This document shows, in pieces, positions 21,270-32,423 of a stretch of DNA of 32,423 bases; position 1 is the stretch's first letter; each line of letters opens with the position of its first letter. Below the pieces are notes generated by a model. It made no database searches, had not been told where the DNA came from, and saw only the letters and a list, made by a program, of their open reading frames with translations. This DNA comes from Octopus bimaculoides (taxonomy: Eukaryota). The stretch spans positions 72,487,700 through 72,520,122 of the forward strand of contig NC_068981.1 in assembly GCF_001194135.2 (NCBI RefSeq), given 5' to 3'. The translations under genes were made by a program, and so were the position numbers.

Positions 21270-22490
21270 AATGAGAAAACCAAGTTAAGTGAAGGTCTGT
21301 CAGTATTCAGTGGAATCTTAGAAGTTTGGGTTTATTCTCGCCTTGCATGATGAACGCACACCATTTTGTTTAATGTATCATCAGACATTGACTAATGAGT
21401 CAATGAAGGAGGCTGGCTGGAAGCACACTTGAGAATAAACCATTTAAATCATGTCAGTTCAAATTTGAAACCCAGAATTGTTCTCTTGAAGCTAGCTACG
21501 AAAGCTCTCTGCTCATAGCAAAGCATGGAAAAAATCACATTATTGGAGAAGAATTGATTAAACCAGGTATCTCAGTATTTTTAAAACTGCGTTACAAAAG
21601 GATGATAAAGATGCTATGGCCATGCCGCTGAGTAATGACACTGTCTGCAACAGAATTGATGACTTGGAGAATGATGCTGAAGAACAGTTAATTGAGAAGC
21701 TGAAATTATTGAAATTCTGAATACAAATGGAAGTATCTACCTTTAGGGACAGTGATGCCCTGTTATTGGCATATGTGAGGTATATTGACCAAAAGGAGTT
21801 TCAGGAAGGGATGTTGTTCTGTAAATCATTAGAACCGATCGTTACTCCAGTTGGTATCTACTGCAAACTAAAATAATATTTGGATTCAAACAAAATACCA
21901 AAAGGAAACGTTCTGTCATGTGCTACAGACGGGGCACCTGCTAAGGTGGGCAAGAAAACAGGACGCTAAAGGCTGATGGACGCTAAAAGTCCAAACATGT
22001 TGACTTTACATTCATTTCTACTCTGAGCACAAGGCCGAAATTTTTCGGAGAGGGGTTCAGTCGATTAGATTGACCCTGTACACAACTGGTACTTAATTTA
22101 TCGACCTCGAAAGGATGAAAGGCAAAGTCGACCTCAGCAGAATTTGAACTCAGAATGTAAAAATAGACGAAATACAGCTAAGTATTTCCCCCGGCGTGCT
22201 AACATTTCTGCTAGCTCGCCGCCCTATGTTGAATGTATATTGCGTCATCTACCGAGAAAACTTGATTGCCAAGAAAATCTCCCTTGTTCTCGACGAGATT
22301 TTGCAATCTGTGATCAAGTGTGTTAACACCATCAATTCAAACGTCAAATCTGCTTCGAGCCAAGAGAAGCAGATTTGAAATTACAAAACGTGGTGATTTA
22401 CGGCTGGAGCTAACAAGATTGTCTCATTGAACCAAAGAAATCTGCCATAGTCGTCAGGCAGAAGATTCTCATTAAAGTGATTCACTTTTT
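21270..22490 (+). pseudogene. Degraded Buster/Charlie-type hAT transposase, interrupted by a SINE and internally deleted
   Basis: KFGFI...PFCLMYHQTLTNESMK (BED-like), LEASYESSLLIAKHGKNHIIGEELIKP, PLSNDTV..RIDDL, LLLAYVRY, MLFCKSL, SCATDGAPA, LTLH[SINE]CVIYRENLIAKK (CxxH-like), then the terminal GDLRLELT...RQAEDSH*. Most of the catalytic middle is missing. Confidence 0.87.
22013..22225 (-). mobile_element. SINE family B inserted into the hAT transposase
   Basis: Inverted homologue of 19184-19403. Flanked by a diverged 16-bp TSD: atgttgactttacatt (21997-22012) / atgttgaatgtatatt (22226-22241), 13/16 identical. Confidence 0.9.
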
Positions 22491-22736
22491 TCTTAGTCAA
22501 TAATGTACTTTTGTTTGTAGTCAATCTATGATCAAGTGTGTTAACACCATCAATTCAAACGTCAAATCTGCTTCGAGTCAAGAGAAGCAGATGTGAAATT
22601 ACAAAACGTAGTGATTAACGGCTGGAGCTAACAAAACTATCTCCTTGAACCAAGGAAATCTGCCATAATCGTCAGGCAGAAGATTCTCATTAAAGTAATT
22701 CACTTTTTTCTTAGTCAATAATGTACTTTTGTTTGT
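22304..22736. repeat. 218-bp tandem duplication of the hAT 3' end
   Basis: 22304-22521 is repeated at 22522-22736 without gaps, >90% identical by eye. Confidence 0.96.
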
Positions 22737-22849
22737 GCTCGGTAGTTAATAAGAGTTACCCATTGATACTTTTGTAAAATCAACCACCGTTGGGGCATAA
22801 ATTTTTCTGGAAAATTATAGTGGGACTTGGGAGAAATTAGGTAATGTGT

Positions 22850-23365
22850 TTGCTAGAAATAACATCCACATTTCTCAAAATCGGATTATGCAATCCCTGA
22901 TACACTTCAACGTGATGGTCAAGGCTGGAATATGGAATACCTTTGTTTAAAGGTTTGCTCATTCATGGCTCATTTGGGATAGACAGAAAGTTTCTTTTTT
23001 CTCTTGAAGATGTCTCTACACAGTCGCCTGATCTGCGAGAAGTAGCGGCTAAATCACTCGCATATTAATCTGCATCGTCTTAAATATGGGAAGAACACAT
23101 CAGATTATGCAATTCTAGACACTCTTAAAAATCCAGCTTAGGCAGGGCTGGAATACTTTTGATTATAGATTTGCTCAATTATAGATGACGTAGGACTAAA
23201 GAAAAACTTTAATTTTACTAACAAGAATGTCTCTATATTGTCGTTTGGCCTGCTAGAAATAGCAGTCAAATCTTCAAATCTTAGTCATGTCTTAAAAGAT
23301 ATACTCAATGATGTTGTCCTTAATGTGCATAACATTGGGATGTTATAGCTGGAACGTCTTCAATC
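22850..23365 (+). repeat. Three consecutive diverged copies of the family D module
   Basis: tgctagaaata (22851), tgcgagaagtagc (23034) and tgctagaaatagc (23251) are each followed by an ...ggctggaat.../agctggaac... segment (22921, 23146, ~23347). Confidence 0.65.
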
Positions 23366-24923
23366 TTAAGTCTTCTCGATCTGGACTAACCAGGAGAAAG
23401 AAACAGGAAACAACACCTTTTTTCTGTTTTCTGTATGTTTGTACAATGTCTTTTGCCATAAAAGAATATGAAAACAAGTGAAATATTCAAAAAATATAGC
23501 GACTGCTTCATTTATTAAGCTTCTTTTCACGGCCTTCTTCAAATTTGGAAGGATGAACAATATTCCAATTTTGTCCAAATATTCCAATTTTGATAGCAAA
23601 GCAATGCCTTTGGAAATAGATTATGTAAATTTTCTTCGTTAGTTTTTAGTTTGATTTTTCTTTTGTTTTTCTTCAGCTTTTCTTAATATGCAGACATTTT
23701 CTCAAATTAATATTACTCAAAAAGATATAAATATTGTGGCAAATACTGTAACCTCTAAAGCTTTCGTAGCAATATTGTGTGTACAAGGCTAACGAAATTT
23801 GTGGATGACGTTTTTCTCGAAGCAGATCAATCGTAAAATGAGATTGCATGAATAGAAATAAACGAGATGGATAACCATTTGACAGTTACTTCACGGTTAT
23901 AACAAATGTAAGCTAGTTTGACGCATGATCTCCATTGACAGTTAAGAGGAGTGGGCCATCCACGGTTTAGTTATTTGCAGCCGACAAGTCAACATAATAC
24001 TCAGCTCTTATGATTCTGCTTCTTGTAGCGTGGGGTTAGTAGAAAATAGAACGGATTTGTTGAAATACCTGCTTATTTATTTGTTAGTATTCCAAATCTT
24101 TCTTTAATTTTTAAATCATATCTGAGAATGTCCTCAAAATATGATAAATATGTGTAATCATATAAAAAAGAAATCACAATTACAGACAAAATTAAATTTT
24201 GCACCCTTTTCGGATTAATAAAAATGGCCACCGCATAAAATCATTATTAATCAGTCATTTTGCAATAGAAATCTGGAATTCTCCATTTCTTTTGAATAAT
24301 GTGAATGATTGCGCTATTCAATGACGTTTGTACACGCGAATACCTCTTCTAGTAATACTACGGTGGTACTGAAATAAACGAAAACAACACATATGAAAAC
24401 AAGTGAAATGAAATATAAATGATGAAAATGCCATGTTTATCTGCGCGTGGTAATGCATACGTGAATGCGTGACCAGCACATTTCTATATTTTTTCGGCGA
24501 CCAATCAAATTTTGATGTGATATGGACCACTTACGAGGTGACGAATGTTTTTGCTTATCTTTGAAAAAATTTCTTTAAAACTTTTGAACCTACATGGCAG
24601 TGTAGCTAATGTTCGTTTCGCATTTGGTTTCAATTTCATTGCGCGGCACTTTTAGGCCGACTAATATTTTCTTCGTGACTTTGTTGGCGGAAATTTTGTG
24701 GAAGACCATCCTATCTGTGTGTCTTTTTGCATCTTTGTGTTTGTGTTTCAGCGTTTGACAACAAGTGTTGGCTTGATTAGGTTGCGTAACATAGCGCTTC
24801 AACAAAAAGAGTCCGATATAATAAGTACCACACGTTAAAAAAAATAAATACTGTGTTCGATTGACTAAATCTTGTGAAGCCTCAGTCAAATTACTGAAGC
24901 AAGTGAAAAAATGAAAGAAAGTA

Positions 24924-24965
24924 TGTGTGTGTGCATGTGTGTGTATGTGCGTGTGTGTGTGAATG

Positions 24966-25006
<41 letters not shown>
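24924..25006. repeat. (TG)n followed by (CA)n microsatellite
   Basis: An imperfect TG run at 24924-24960, then a perfect CA run at 24967-25006. Confidence 0.95.
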
Positions 25007-25008
<2 letters not shown>

Positions 25009-25249
25009 CACACACATTGCTGTTCTGGGTGTACATGAATGTTTATAAGTAGTTTTTTTTTGTGTGTGTCTATCCAAGTATCTTGTGACGTTCAGCTATA
25101 AATACTGTCTTGAGTAAACGACTCCCGATAGTCCCAAGATATATGTCTGAGGGGGTAGTTGGGTTTTTCATGTTCACGAAACGTTAAGTAACGTGACGAG
25201 CTAACCTGTGAGTCAATGACTACAGATAAATACGACTGTACCTATATAT

Positions 25250-25471
25250 NNNNNNNNNNNNNNNNNNNNNNNNNNNNNNNNNNNNNNNNNNNNNNNNNNN
25301 NNNNNNNNNNNNNNNNNNNNNNNNNNNNNNNNNNNNNNNNNNNNNNNNNNNNNNNNNNNNNNNNNNNNNNNNNNNNNNNNNNNNNNNNNNNNNNNNNNNN
25401 NNNNNNNNNNNNNNNNNNNNNNNNNNNNNNNNNNNNNNNNNNNNNNNNNNNNNNNNNNNNNNNNNNNNNNN
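25250..25471. other. Assembly gap (222 N) bordered by (TA)n
   Basis: Run of N with TA repeats on both edges. Confidence 0.99.
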
Positions 25472-27505
25472 ATATATATATATATATATACATATATATG
25501 TATGTATATCTACATACGTGTGTGTATTGGTGTGTATGTGTGTGCGTGTTTATGTATGTATGTGCATATTTTGTGTGTATTCCCAAAGTTGTATTAACTG
25601 GAATTTTATTTGAAGTTGTATTCACTTGTTGCTTACGCCCCATTTTGAAATAACCTACATCCTACCCAAATATTGCCACACCTCACCTAGGGAAATATTT
25701 GTCTATATAAAGTGCTGCTATTCATTAGATACGCATATTGATTTGCTAGCTGAGTAATTGCTAGTTGATTGAGAATTAATTCAATTAATGCACCTGTCAA
25801 ATAAATCGGTACGTTTGAGGTCGAGTCTGCAGTATGTCACGAAATTCAGTTTACCCTTTCTTTGCTACAAATTGTTAAAGGAATTGCTATGTATTCAATA
25901 CACCGAGACTCGTAAAAGTTTATTGAAGAAATGGCAGCAATGATGTCAGTGTTAATGAAGCAATAAAATGTGTTTCAGACGATAATAGGAAAATTTGTTG
26001 AAACCAATTTTGGAACATGAAAATAATGCGCGTAGCTTTCAGAACAGAAGGCTCTGTATCCAAATAACGTCGGGACCACCAATGTAGAAAACTTAGATTC
26101 AATCAATGACGAAAATATGTACCACGGGATAATTGAAAAATTATTTCAGTGTATAAAACATGCTGAATACGAACATGTTATTTAACTAGCAGTTATTTTA
26201 CTGTGACTACACAATGTTGGGGAAAAAATGTGTAGATATAAAACTGCTACTATTTCGTCAAAAAGTTCTGCTGAGAGAAGCAATGTAAATCGAAAGCAGC
26301 ACCATATTCTTGAATACGTAGCATTCTTTCATGAACAGTATCGCACGTAGAAAGGACCATGCTCTCTTGACGATAGCCTTTGCTAGATATATATAGTTAG
26401 GTCTGTGTTTTCACATAGAAGAAGCCTATATGGAAAAAGCTGCCATTCGTTAGATACACGTGTTAATACAGAAGAGACCTCATCACCAATTGATTTAAAA
26501 TTTATTCAATGAATACTGCTGCGAAGTATATACGCGTTCGAAATGTACTCCGCGCTTCTCCTGGAGAAATTCATAACACTAATGTGTAATAATTTCTGAA
26601 AAGTTTGTTACAGTTTCTTAAAGGGATGTTAATTTAACATAATTGTAAATTACATCAGTGTGTACTAATTAATACACATCTGATATATAAGCTTTAAGTG
26701 TTTTCTTTTTAAGAAACAGACCGAATTTTTTCAAGCTGTAAGGGCTGTGTAATTTTTGTTAGTGTTTCACTTTTTCCTCGACATATGCAGGTGACACCTT
26801 TATGTTGAATTTTTTTTTTCGTACGGAGGCAAACAGCATAGCTCTTTCAATGATATCCATATACACTTCGAAAAGCAATATCGCAGCGACATCAGATCTC
26901 TCTGCCTTTTTTTTCTTTTTCTCCCGCTTTTCTCTTTCTCTCCATCTGCCTCCTTGATTTACGCCTTAAAATCACAGAAGAGAAATTCATATCACCGTTC
27001 AGAGTAAAGTTACCCGAAGAAGGTGTATTTATATGCAGGATAGATCCAGTATACCAACTACTACTATGCACGAAATGAAATGTCCTGTATATGTAAAAAA
27101 AAAAGTAAATTTTGCGAAGCAGGGAATCGAATCGCCTTTCCTAAGTGAGCTCCAAAGGATATTAAAAAGCAACTGCTATGAAGTATCTTTAACCAAGCAT
27201 TGCACGAGCATTGAATTCTCAAAAATATTTTAAATCGTTAACGTTCGCAGTTGCTTTCTAAACTGCAATCATCCAGGTGATTTGTAAGAAAAGATAGATA
27301 TGCAGCTAAGCTCTCTGAGCATTCTCCAAGAAAAATTCTGTCTAGGAATCGACCCACGCACGACAGCAACGTGGATTATACGTGGGAAGTGTTGTTCACA
27401 AATTGCACATTTAGTAGAAAACAACTGGAAGAGTATCATAACCAGAATACCACGGTTAACATCAGAGATACTGAATGGAATAATGTAAATTAAAGGATTA
27501 AGGAG

Positions 27506-27544
<39 letters not shown>

Positions 27545-27616
27545 GCTGCTGCTGTTGCTACTGCTGCTGCTACTGCTGCTACTGCTGCTGCTGCTGCCGC
27601 CGCCACCACCACCACC

Positions 27617-27676
<60 letters not shown>
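27506..27676. repeat. Compound trinucleotide array (CTA)n(CTG)n(CCG)n(CCA)n(CTA)n
   Basis: Directly visible, with phase preserved through the array. Confidence 0.97.
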
Positions 27677-27678
<2 letters not shown>

Positions 27679-27920
27679 AACATGGATAATTGGTTGAAAT
27701 TACCAACCTACACTCATCGAAACCTCCTCCTGCACTGTTCCCATGTACCTGTCTAGATTAGAGGTATGAGCAATAATTGTTTTCATTTCAAATATAACGT
27801 AAAGGGATAAAACATTGCTTTCTTTGCATTTGTTTTCAGCCCTTCGTTTCGTATTCGCATTGTAGTGGCTTTCTAAAACACTTTTGACAAACAAAACTAC
27901 ACATAAAATATATTACTTTA

Positions 27921-27944
27921 ATACATACATACATACATATATAT
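27921..27944. repeat. (ACAT)n/(AT)n at the 5' junction of the R4/Dong remnant
   Basis: atacatacatacatacatatatat. Confidence 0.9.
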
Positions 27945-28990
27945 TGGAACAGAACATTGCCACAAAATACCTGTTGAACAAGAGAGATAGTGACGCTCTT
28001 GTAATCCTAAGTTGCAACCGCATGTGTAGGCTATGTCATGTTTCTGTGGAAGACATTATACATGTGATTAGCAGCTGTCCTAAAATGTCGTCACGGTACT
28101 ACCTCCCTACTCGAGAAAATCCCTCTATTATGGAATACATTCATAAACAACAACTTAGGGAATACTGGTGGAATATTCTCCTCAAAACTACTGTCAAATG
28201 TAAGCATAACAGGCCGGATGTTGTTGTTTGGAACAGAGGGGCAAAGGTATGTACCATATTAGAAGCCAGCTGCCTTGCAGATTTTAATATCTCTTTGAAA
28301 ATCAAAGAAAAAGAGGACATCTATGGACAACTGCTTCAAAACCTCCAGCTTCTACATCTAGACTATGAATTCATTATTCATACCAATAATAATTGGAACA
28401 CTAGGTTTTGTTAGTAAATGCTCAAAGGGGAATCTGGATAAACTGGGATTTTCAGGAAGAGAAACTGACCGGCTGATTCGTACATTACAAGTGCAATCTG
28501 GGAGTGGAACAGTAAAAGTATTCATGACTTTTCTCAAGATCCAAAATTGAATTTGTCTATGTTATCTATATCCCAAAGCTGGAGCCTTGAATCTTTGTTG
28601 AAAATCGGCCTCTTCTTCAATGGAAGATTTATAATAATAAAAAAAATAGAAGAGATATACGTACCTAATGGCTGCAAACTCGTGTTCGAGTATTGCTATC
28701 GCCTGATCGAAAGTCCCACACATGCGAAGGCTACGAACAGCCATTTTTGTGATAGGTTTTACTTTTTATTCGAGTGATGCCTGTACATGATGATTTTTTA
28801 CAGTGAAGAAAATTTTTGCACAAATCCAATCCGACTCTTTGAACATGGACAACATGAACTCAAAAAGAACTAATCTACATCGAATATTGTCAGTGTCGCA
28901 GGTTTTCCCCTCAGAGCTTCCCTCTCCTTAAGATATGTTATAACAACAGTGGGGCCTCCCACTCCTAGTGGGCCAACCAACCTACCAACC
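27945..28990 (+). mobile_element. 5'-truncated R4/Dong-type (RLE-class) LINE: CCHC plus restriction-like endonuclease and 3' UTR
   Basis: EQNIATKYL...CRLCHVSVEDIIHVISSC (CCHC), KHNRPDVVVW (PD), ILEASC...KIKEKEDIY (E..K), then after a frameshift FIPIIIGTLG...FLK (to 28550). An internal deletion follows RYYLPTR. No RT domain is present. Confidence 0.85.
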
Positions 28991-29032
28991 ATATATACAT
29001 ACATACATACATACATACATACATACATACAT
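28991..29032. repeat. (ACAT)n at the 3' junction of the R4/Dong remnant
   Basis: atatatacatacatacat... about nine units. Confidence 0.95.
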
Positions 29033-31517
29033 GCGCACGCACATATATTTGAGAAGAAAAATATAGATGTTACCCGATTAATACTGCTGCTACTCGCTGC
29101 AGACTTGCCTTTTGGGTGTCACCAGCCTCTGTATTGTACTTTTGTAAAATGTATGAGTATATATAGCTATATGAATATAAATAAATGCATATAGTCAAAA
29201 GTACATTGACACCTACAAGCTCAGAATTGCCAGACTACCATCATTTCTATTTATTTATTGATTTAGCTATTTACGTAGCTCAAATCATGTTTTTTTTTTA
29301 ATACCCAAAGGTATTAAAGTCAATGCGTACTTGCGGAGCAAATGAATTATAGAAGAAGAAATAATGGTTCGTTTGTATAAACGAAATTGATTTGAAATAT
29401 TAGGTGTGTATTTGTTAATGGCAATTGAGAACGAAGAATAGTTAGAAGTTAACAAACTCGTTAGCTTCGGAAATAATAGGTTGTCTTTTTGCTTTGAATG
29501 TGATCTTGCTTTGAGATTGGAGATCATTTACTTACTGAAATCGTGTTTTCTCATTTGTGAGACTGTAGCATATATCATTGATATTAGTTTCTCATCACAT
29601 TTTTTGGAAAGTTTTTCTTCCTATAAATCTTCTGACCTCTCAACCTGCATACACACAGGCATACATACACATTATACTATATACTCGCATACTATATAAT
29701 TTGGTATCCTCTTGTTATTTACGTACGTGAGTGTACGACTATATGTGGACATCTGCGTGCATATGTAAGAATTATATGTACTTATGATAAGAATATGAAT
29801 ATTTCAGGGGGTAAGTATAGTTGAAGATACCCTGCATAATCTAAACGTAATCTAAACAAGTGATCGGTAAAGATTTATTTCAGAAATCTATTTACTGTCT
29901 ACTACAAAATAATCCCTGTCTCTTAAGTAAGTCCTTATATGAGACATTATTGCTTGTATTCTACATCACATTAAAAATGTATGTCCTTCATGATGTCAAC
30001 CTGATCAAAAATTTCAAAGATTCTTAGTAATATAGCAGTAAATAGGCTAAATAAGTAGTTCATCTTTGCTGAATCGAACGGACCAATCTATGTTTTATAC
30101 AATGAATATCATCGATTGAATGAACGTATTATATTTAACGATCGTTGTCAACATTCAGAAGAACGTTTTCTTTGGCTCTCTACCAGAATCAACGATTCTA
30201 TAATCTTCCTAATATTTTATAATTGCTAAGTATTTCCTCAGGCTGCAGTAATAATTAAGCATTGTTCTACGATCTGATTTGTGTTAAATACATAAACGTA
30301 TACATTTTTAATAAGCAATAACTATTATATCAGCAGTGTCGGTCCTACTGTTCAGTCGGCTACAGTAGTCATCAAACCGTCGTATCTGTATAAATGAAAG
30401 ATAGAACCCAATGGAAAATATTATTTAAACTCTTTCAAATTAAGTATTATTTGCAAAATAGGTCTAGCTTTGGTTATCTGATTAGATAGAGCAATATAAT
30501 ATTTTTATTTTAAAAATACTTTTCTTGAGTTGGTACTTTATTTTACGCACTTAGTAAATTTAACATTTCGAAGCATAACATTTCAAATCTTGCTTTTTAA
30601 TAACACTTATAAATTATATATGCTATGAAAACTGCACCACCTTCTTTAAATATGTTGCTTGGCTAAGGTTTTACCAAAAGCAATTTCAATTCAGTTATTT
30701 TTATTAAAGATCGTTATTTATAAACACGTCTCGTTCAAGCAGAACATACAATGTCCTACAAAACTGGGAGTGAAACTGCATTAGCCAGAACGTTAGTTAC
30801 ATATGATTATTCTACAGACGGTGTACAAGCCTGTCCAAAATAGTAATCTACAATCAAAACTCATTATTCTAAGTAGAGATACTAATCATAACAAGCTCAA
30901 CATAGCAGATGGTCATCGATTAACATTGATAATTGATTGGTTGATACAGGCCGGAGAAGTAACTTCGTCCTCCGAATAGTGAGGCTAAAAAGGTTTTGTT
31001 GCAGAAACTCGTGTAGTGCGCGCATGCGTGTGCCACACGCATAAAGTATATATTGTTGATATATACTTTAGTGTAGCATACTTAAACTTGTCAACTAAAA
31101 AGAATGTGCTTCGGCAAAGTGGTCAAATAATACATAAACATGTTTCTAGCTTCCATACCTGCTCCACATCGTGTATGTATGTGTTGATGATGTCAAAAGA
31201 ATTTAGAATCTTCAAGAGAACGTGAAATAGTGCCTTTTTGGGAAACAGTGAAACTCGAAACAGATAGAACTATAAATTACAGCGTATAAGTATCAGGTCC
31301 AAAATCACTTTAGATAGAAAAAAGTCGAAGGACTCAAACTCATACCTTCTGTAAATGTGACAGGTGTTCTACCAGTGAGCAAGAGCAATCTTTTGAATTC
31401 CTGTAACCATTTAGAAACATTTGTTCTTACCACCGAAAATTGTATATTTTGAATTTTATATGAATTTTCTGAATTCTTATGACATCAATAACACCCAAAG
31501 CGGTTTTCGAACTTAAT

Positions 31518-31853
31518 AAAAGGTTAAAGATCCCTTTCGGTCACGAATGACCATAGGATTGCACCTAGAAAGTTATTCTTCGAGGCACAAGTCCAGGCAA
31601 GATTGTTTATGGAAAACCAACAGTTGCCCATGCATGCCAGCCTTCTCTCTCTACGCCACTGATGTTATGGAAATGCAAAGGCCGATACAGTTTGGCACCA
31701 GTGACGTCGCAACTCATTTCTACAGCTGAGTGAACTGGAACATCGTGAAAAATAAGTGTCTTGCTCAAGAACACAATACACATCTTGGTCCGAGAGTCAA
31801 ACTCACTACTTCCTGATCGTAAGTCAGACGCTCTAACCACTGACCCACGCGAC
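31518..31853 (-). mobile_element. Full-length tRNA-derived SINE (family E) with perfect 12-bp TSD
   Basis: The minus-strand head gtcgcgtgggtcagtggttagagcgtctgacttacgatcaggaagtagtgagtttgactc has A/B boxes. Flanked by ttcgaacttaat at 31506-31517 and 31854-31865. Confidence 0.92.
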
Positions 31854-32360
31854 TTCGAACTTAATGTTTACACACTATTATTTATAAAGTTATGTGGGTG
31901 TATGTTTGTATGTGTGCATATGTACTTGAATCTGAGGGGAGTTATATCTCTTGCTTCTTGTTTTCAGATGGTAAACACCCCAATTTCTATTTCTTATCAA
32001 TATTCAAAACACCCCTGAGGTATTTTCTCTTAGTCACAATGGTGATAGGCCCCATCACCACCACTCGCTATTTATGAAGCACATACTTCCACATGACAAG
32101 TGCTGACATAAACAGAAGGAGAACTAATTGTAAGACGACAACTCTATCATATTTGAAACCATTACATAACCTTAAGTTTGAACTTTAATAAAAGACGTGA
32201 AACAAATGAATCAAAATTAATATTTAATTAAACTAGACAGCTTTCCGTGAAACAAATTGATTTTTTTCCACGATTTTTGTTTCTACACAATACATGTAAA
32301 ATTTCATAGAAAAAAACGTTAACATTGATGTAGAGACAAATACGTCTCTGTTTATAGTAA

Positions 32361-32362
<2 letters not shown>

Positions 32363-32423
<61 letters not shown>
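32363..32423. repeat. (CA)n microsatellite running off the window
   Basis: Directly visible. Confidence 0.99.

Noticed and set aside
24590-25077. 148-aa and 63-aa minus-strand ORFs
   Set aside because: They are partly microsatellite-derived, and the remainder has no motif I recognise.
25216-25653. 145-aa and 133-aa ORFs
   Set aside because: They are open only because they read through the N gap and TA/TG repeats.
27506-27676. Homopolymeric amino-acid exon
   Set aside because: No flanking open frame or splice signals, and one minus frame is poly-TAG.

Overview
This is AT-rich, microsatellite-dense eukaryotic non-coding DNA (intergenic or intronic) with a 222-N gap at 25250-25471. The SINE sequences resemble those I recall from octopus (coleoid cephalopod) genomes; this is inference, not a database result. 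I cannot support any intact host gene, RNA gene or CRISPR array, and nearly all supplied ORFs are artefacts of simple repeats or chance. The window is a layered transposon graveyard. LINE remnants: CR1/L2-group 3' ends (~160-665, ~1330-1620, ~4560-5300), an old I/Jockey-group LINE (~3100-6720, minus) and an R4/Dong-type RLE LINE (27945-28990) bracketed by (ACAT)n. DNA transposons: two dead hAT-superfamily transposases (15037-15897; 21270-22490) and a 127-bp Tc1/mariner-type MITE (19539-19665). SINEs: about a dozen tRNA-derived copies or fragments, which I group into working families A-E, several with readable target-site duplications. The most interesting signals are apparent (ACAT)n targeting by the R4/Dong element, two degenerate minimal hammerhead-like motifs, an inverted duplicate of a LINE endonuclease segment sharing a stop codon, modular SINE architecture, and inverted SINE pairs. 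I found no convincing new biological system. Boundaries of degraded elements are approximate.
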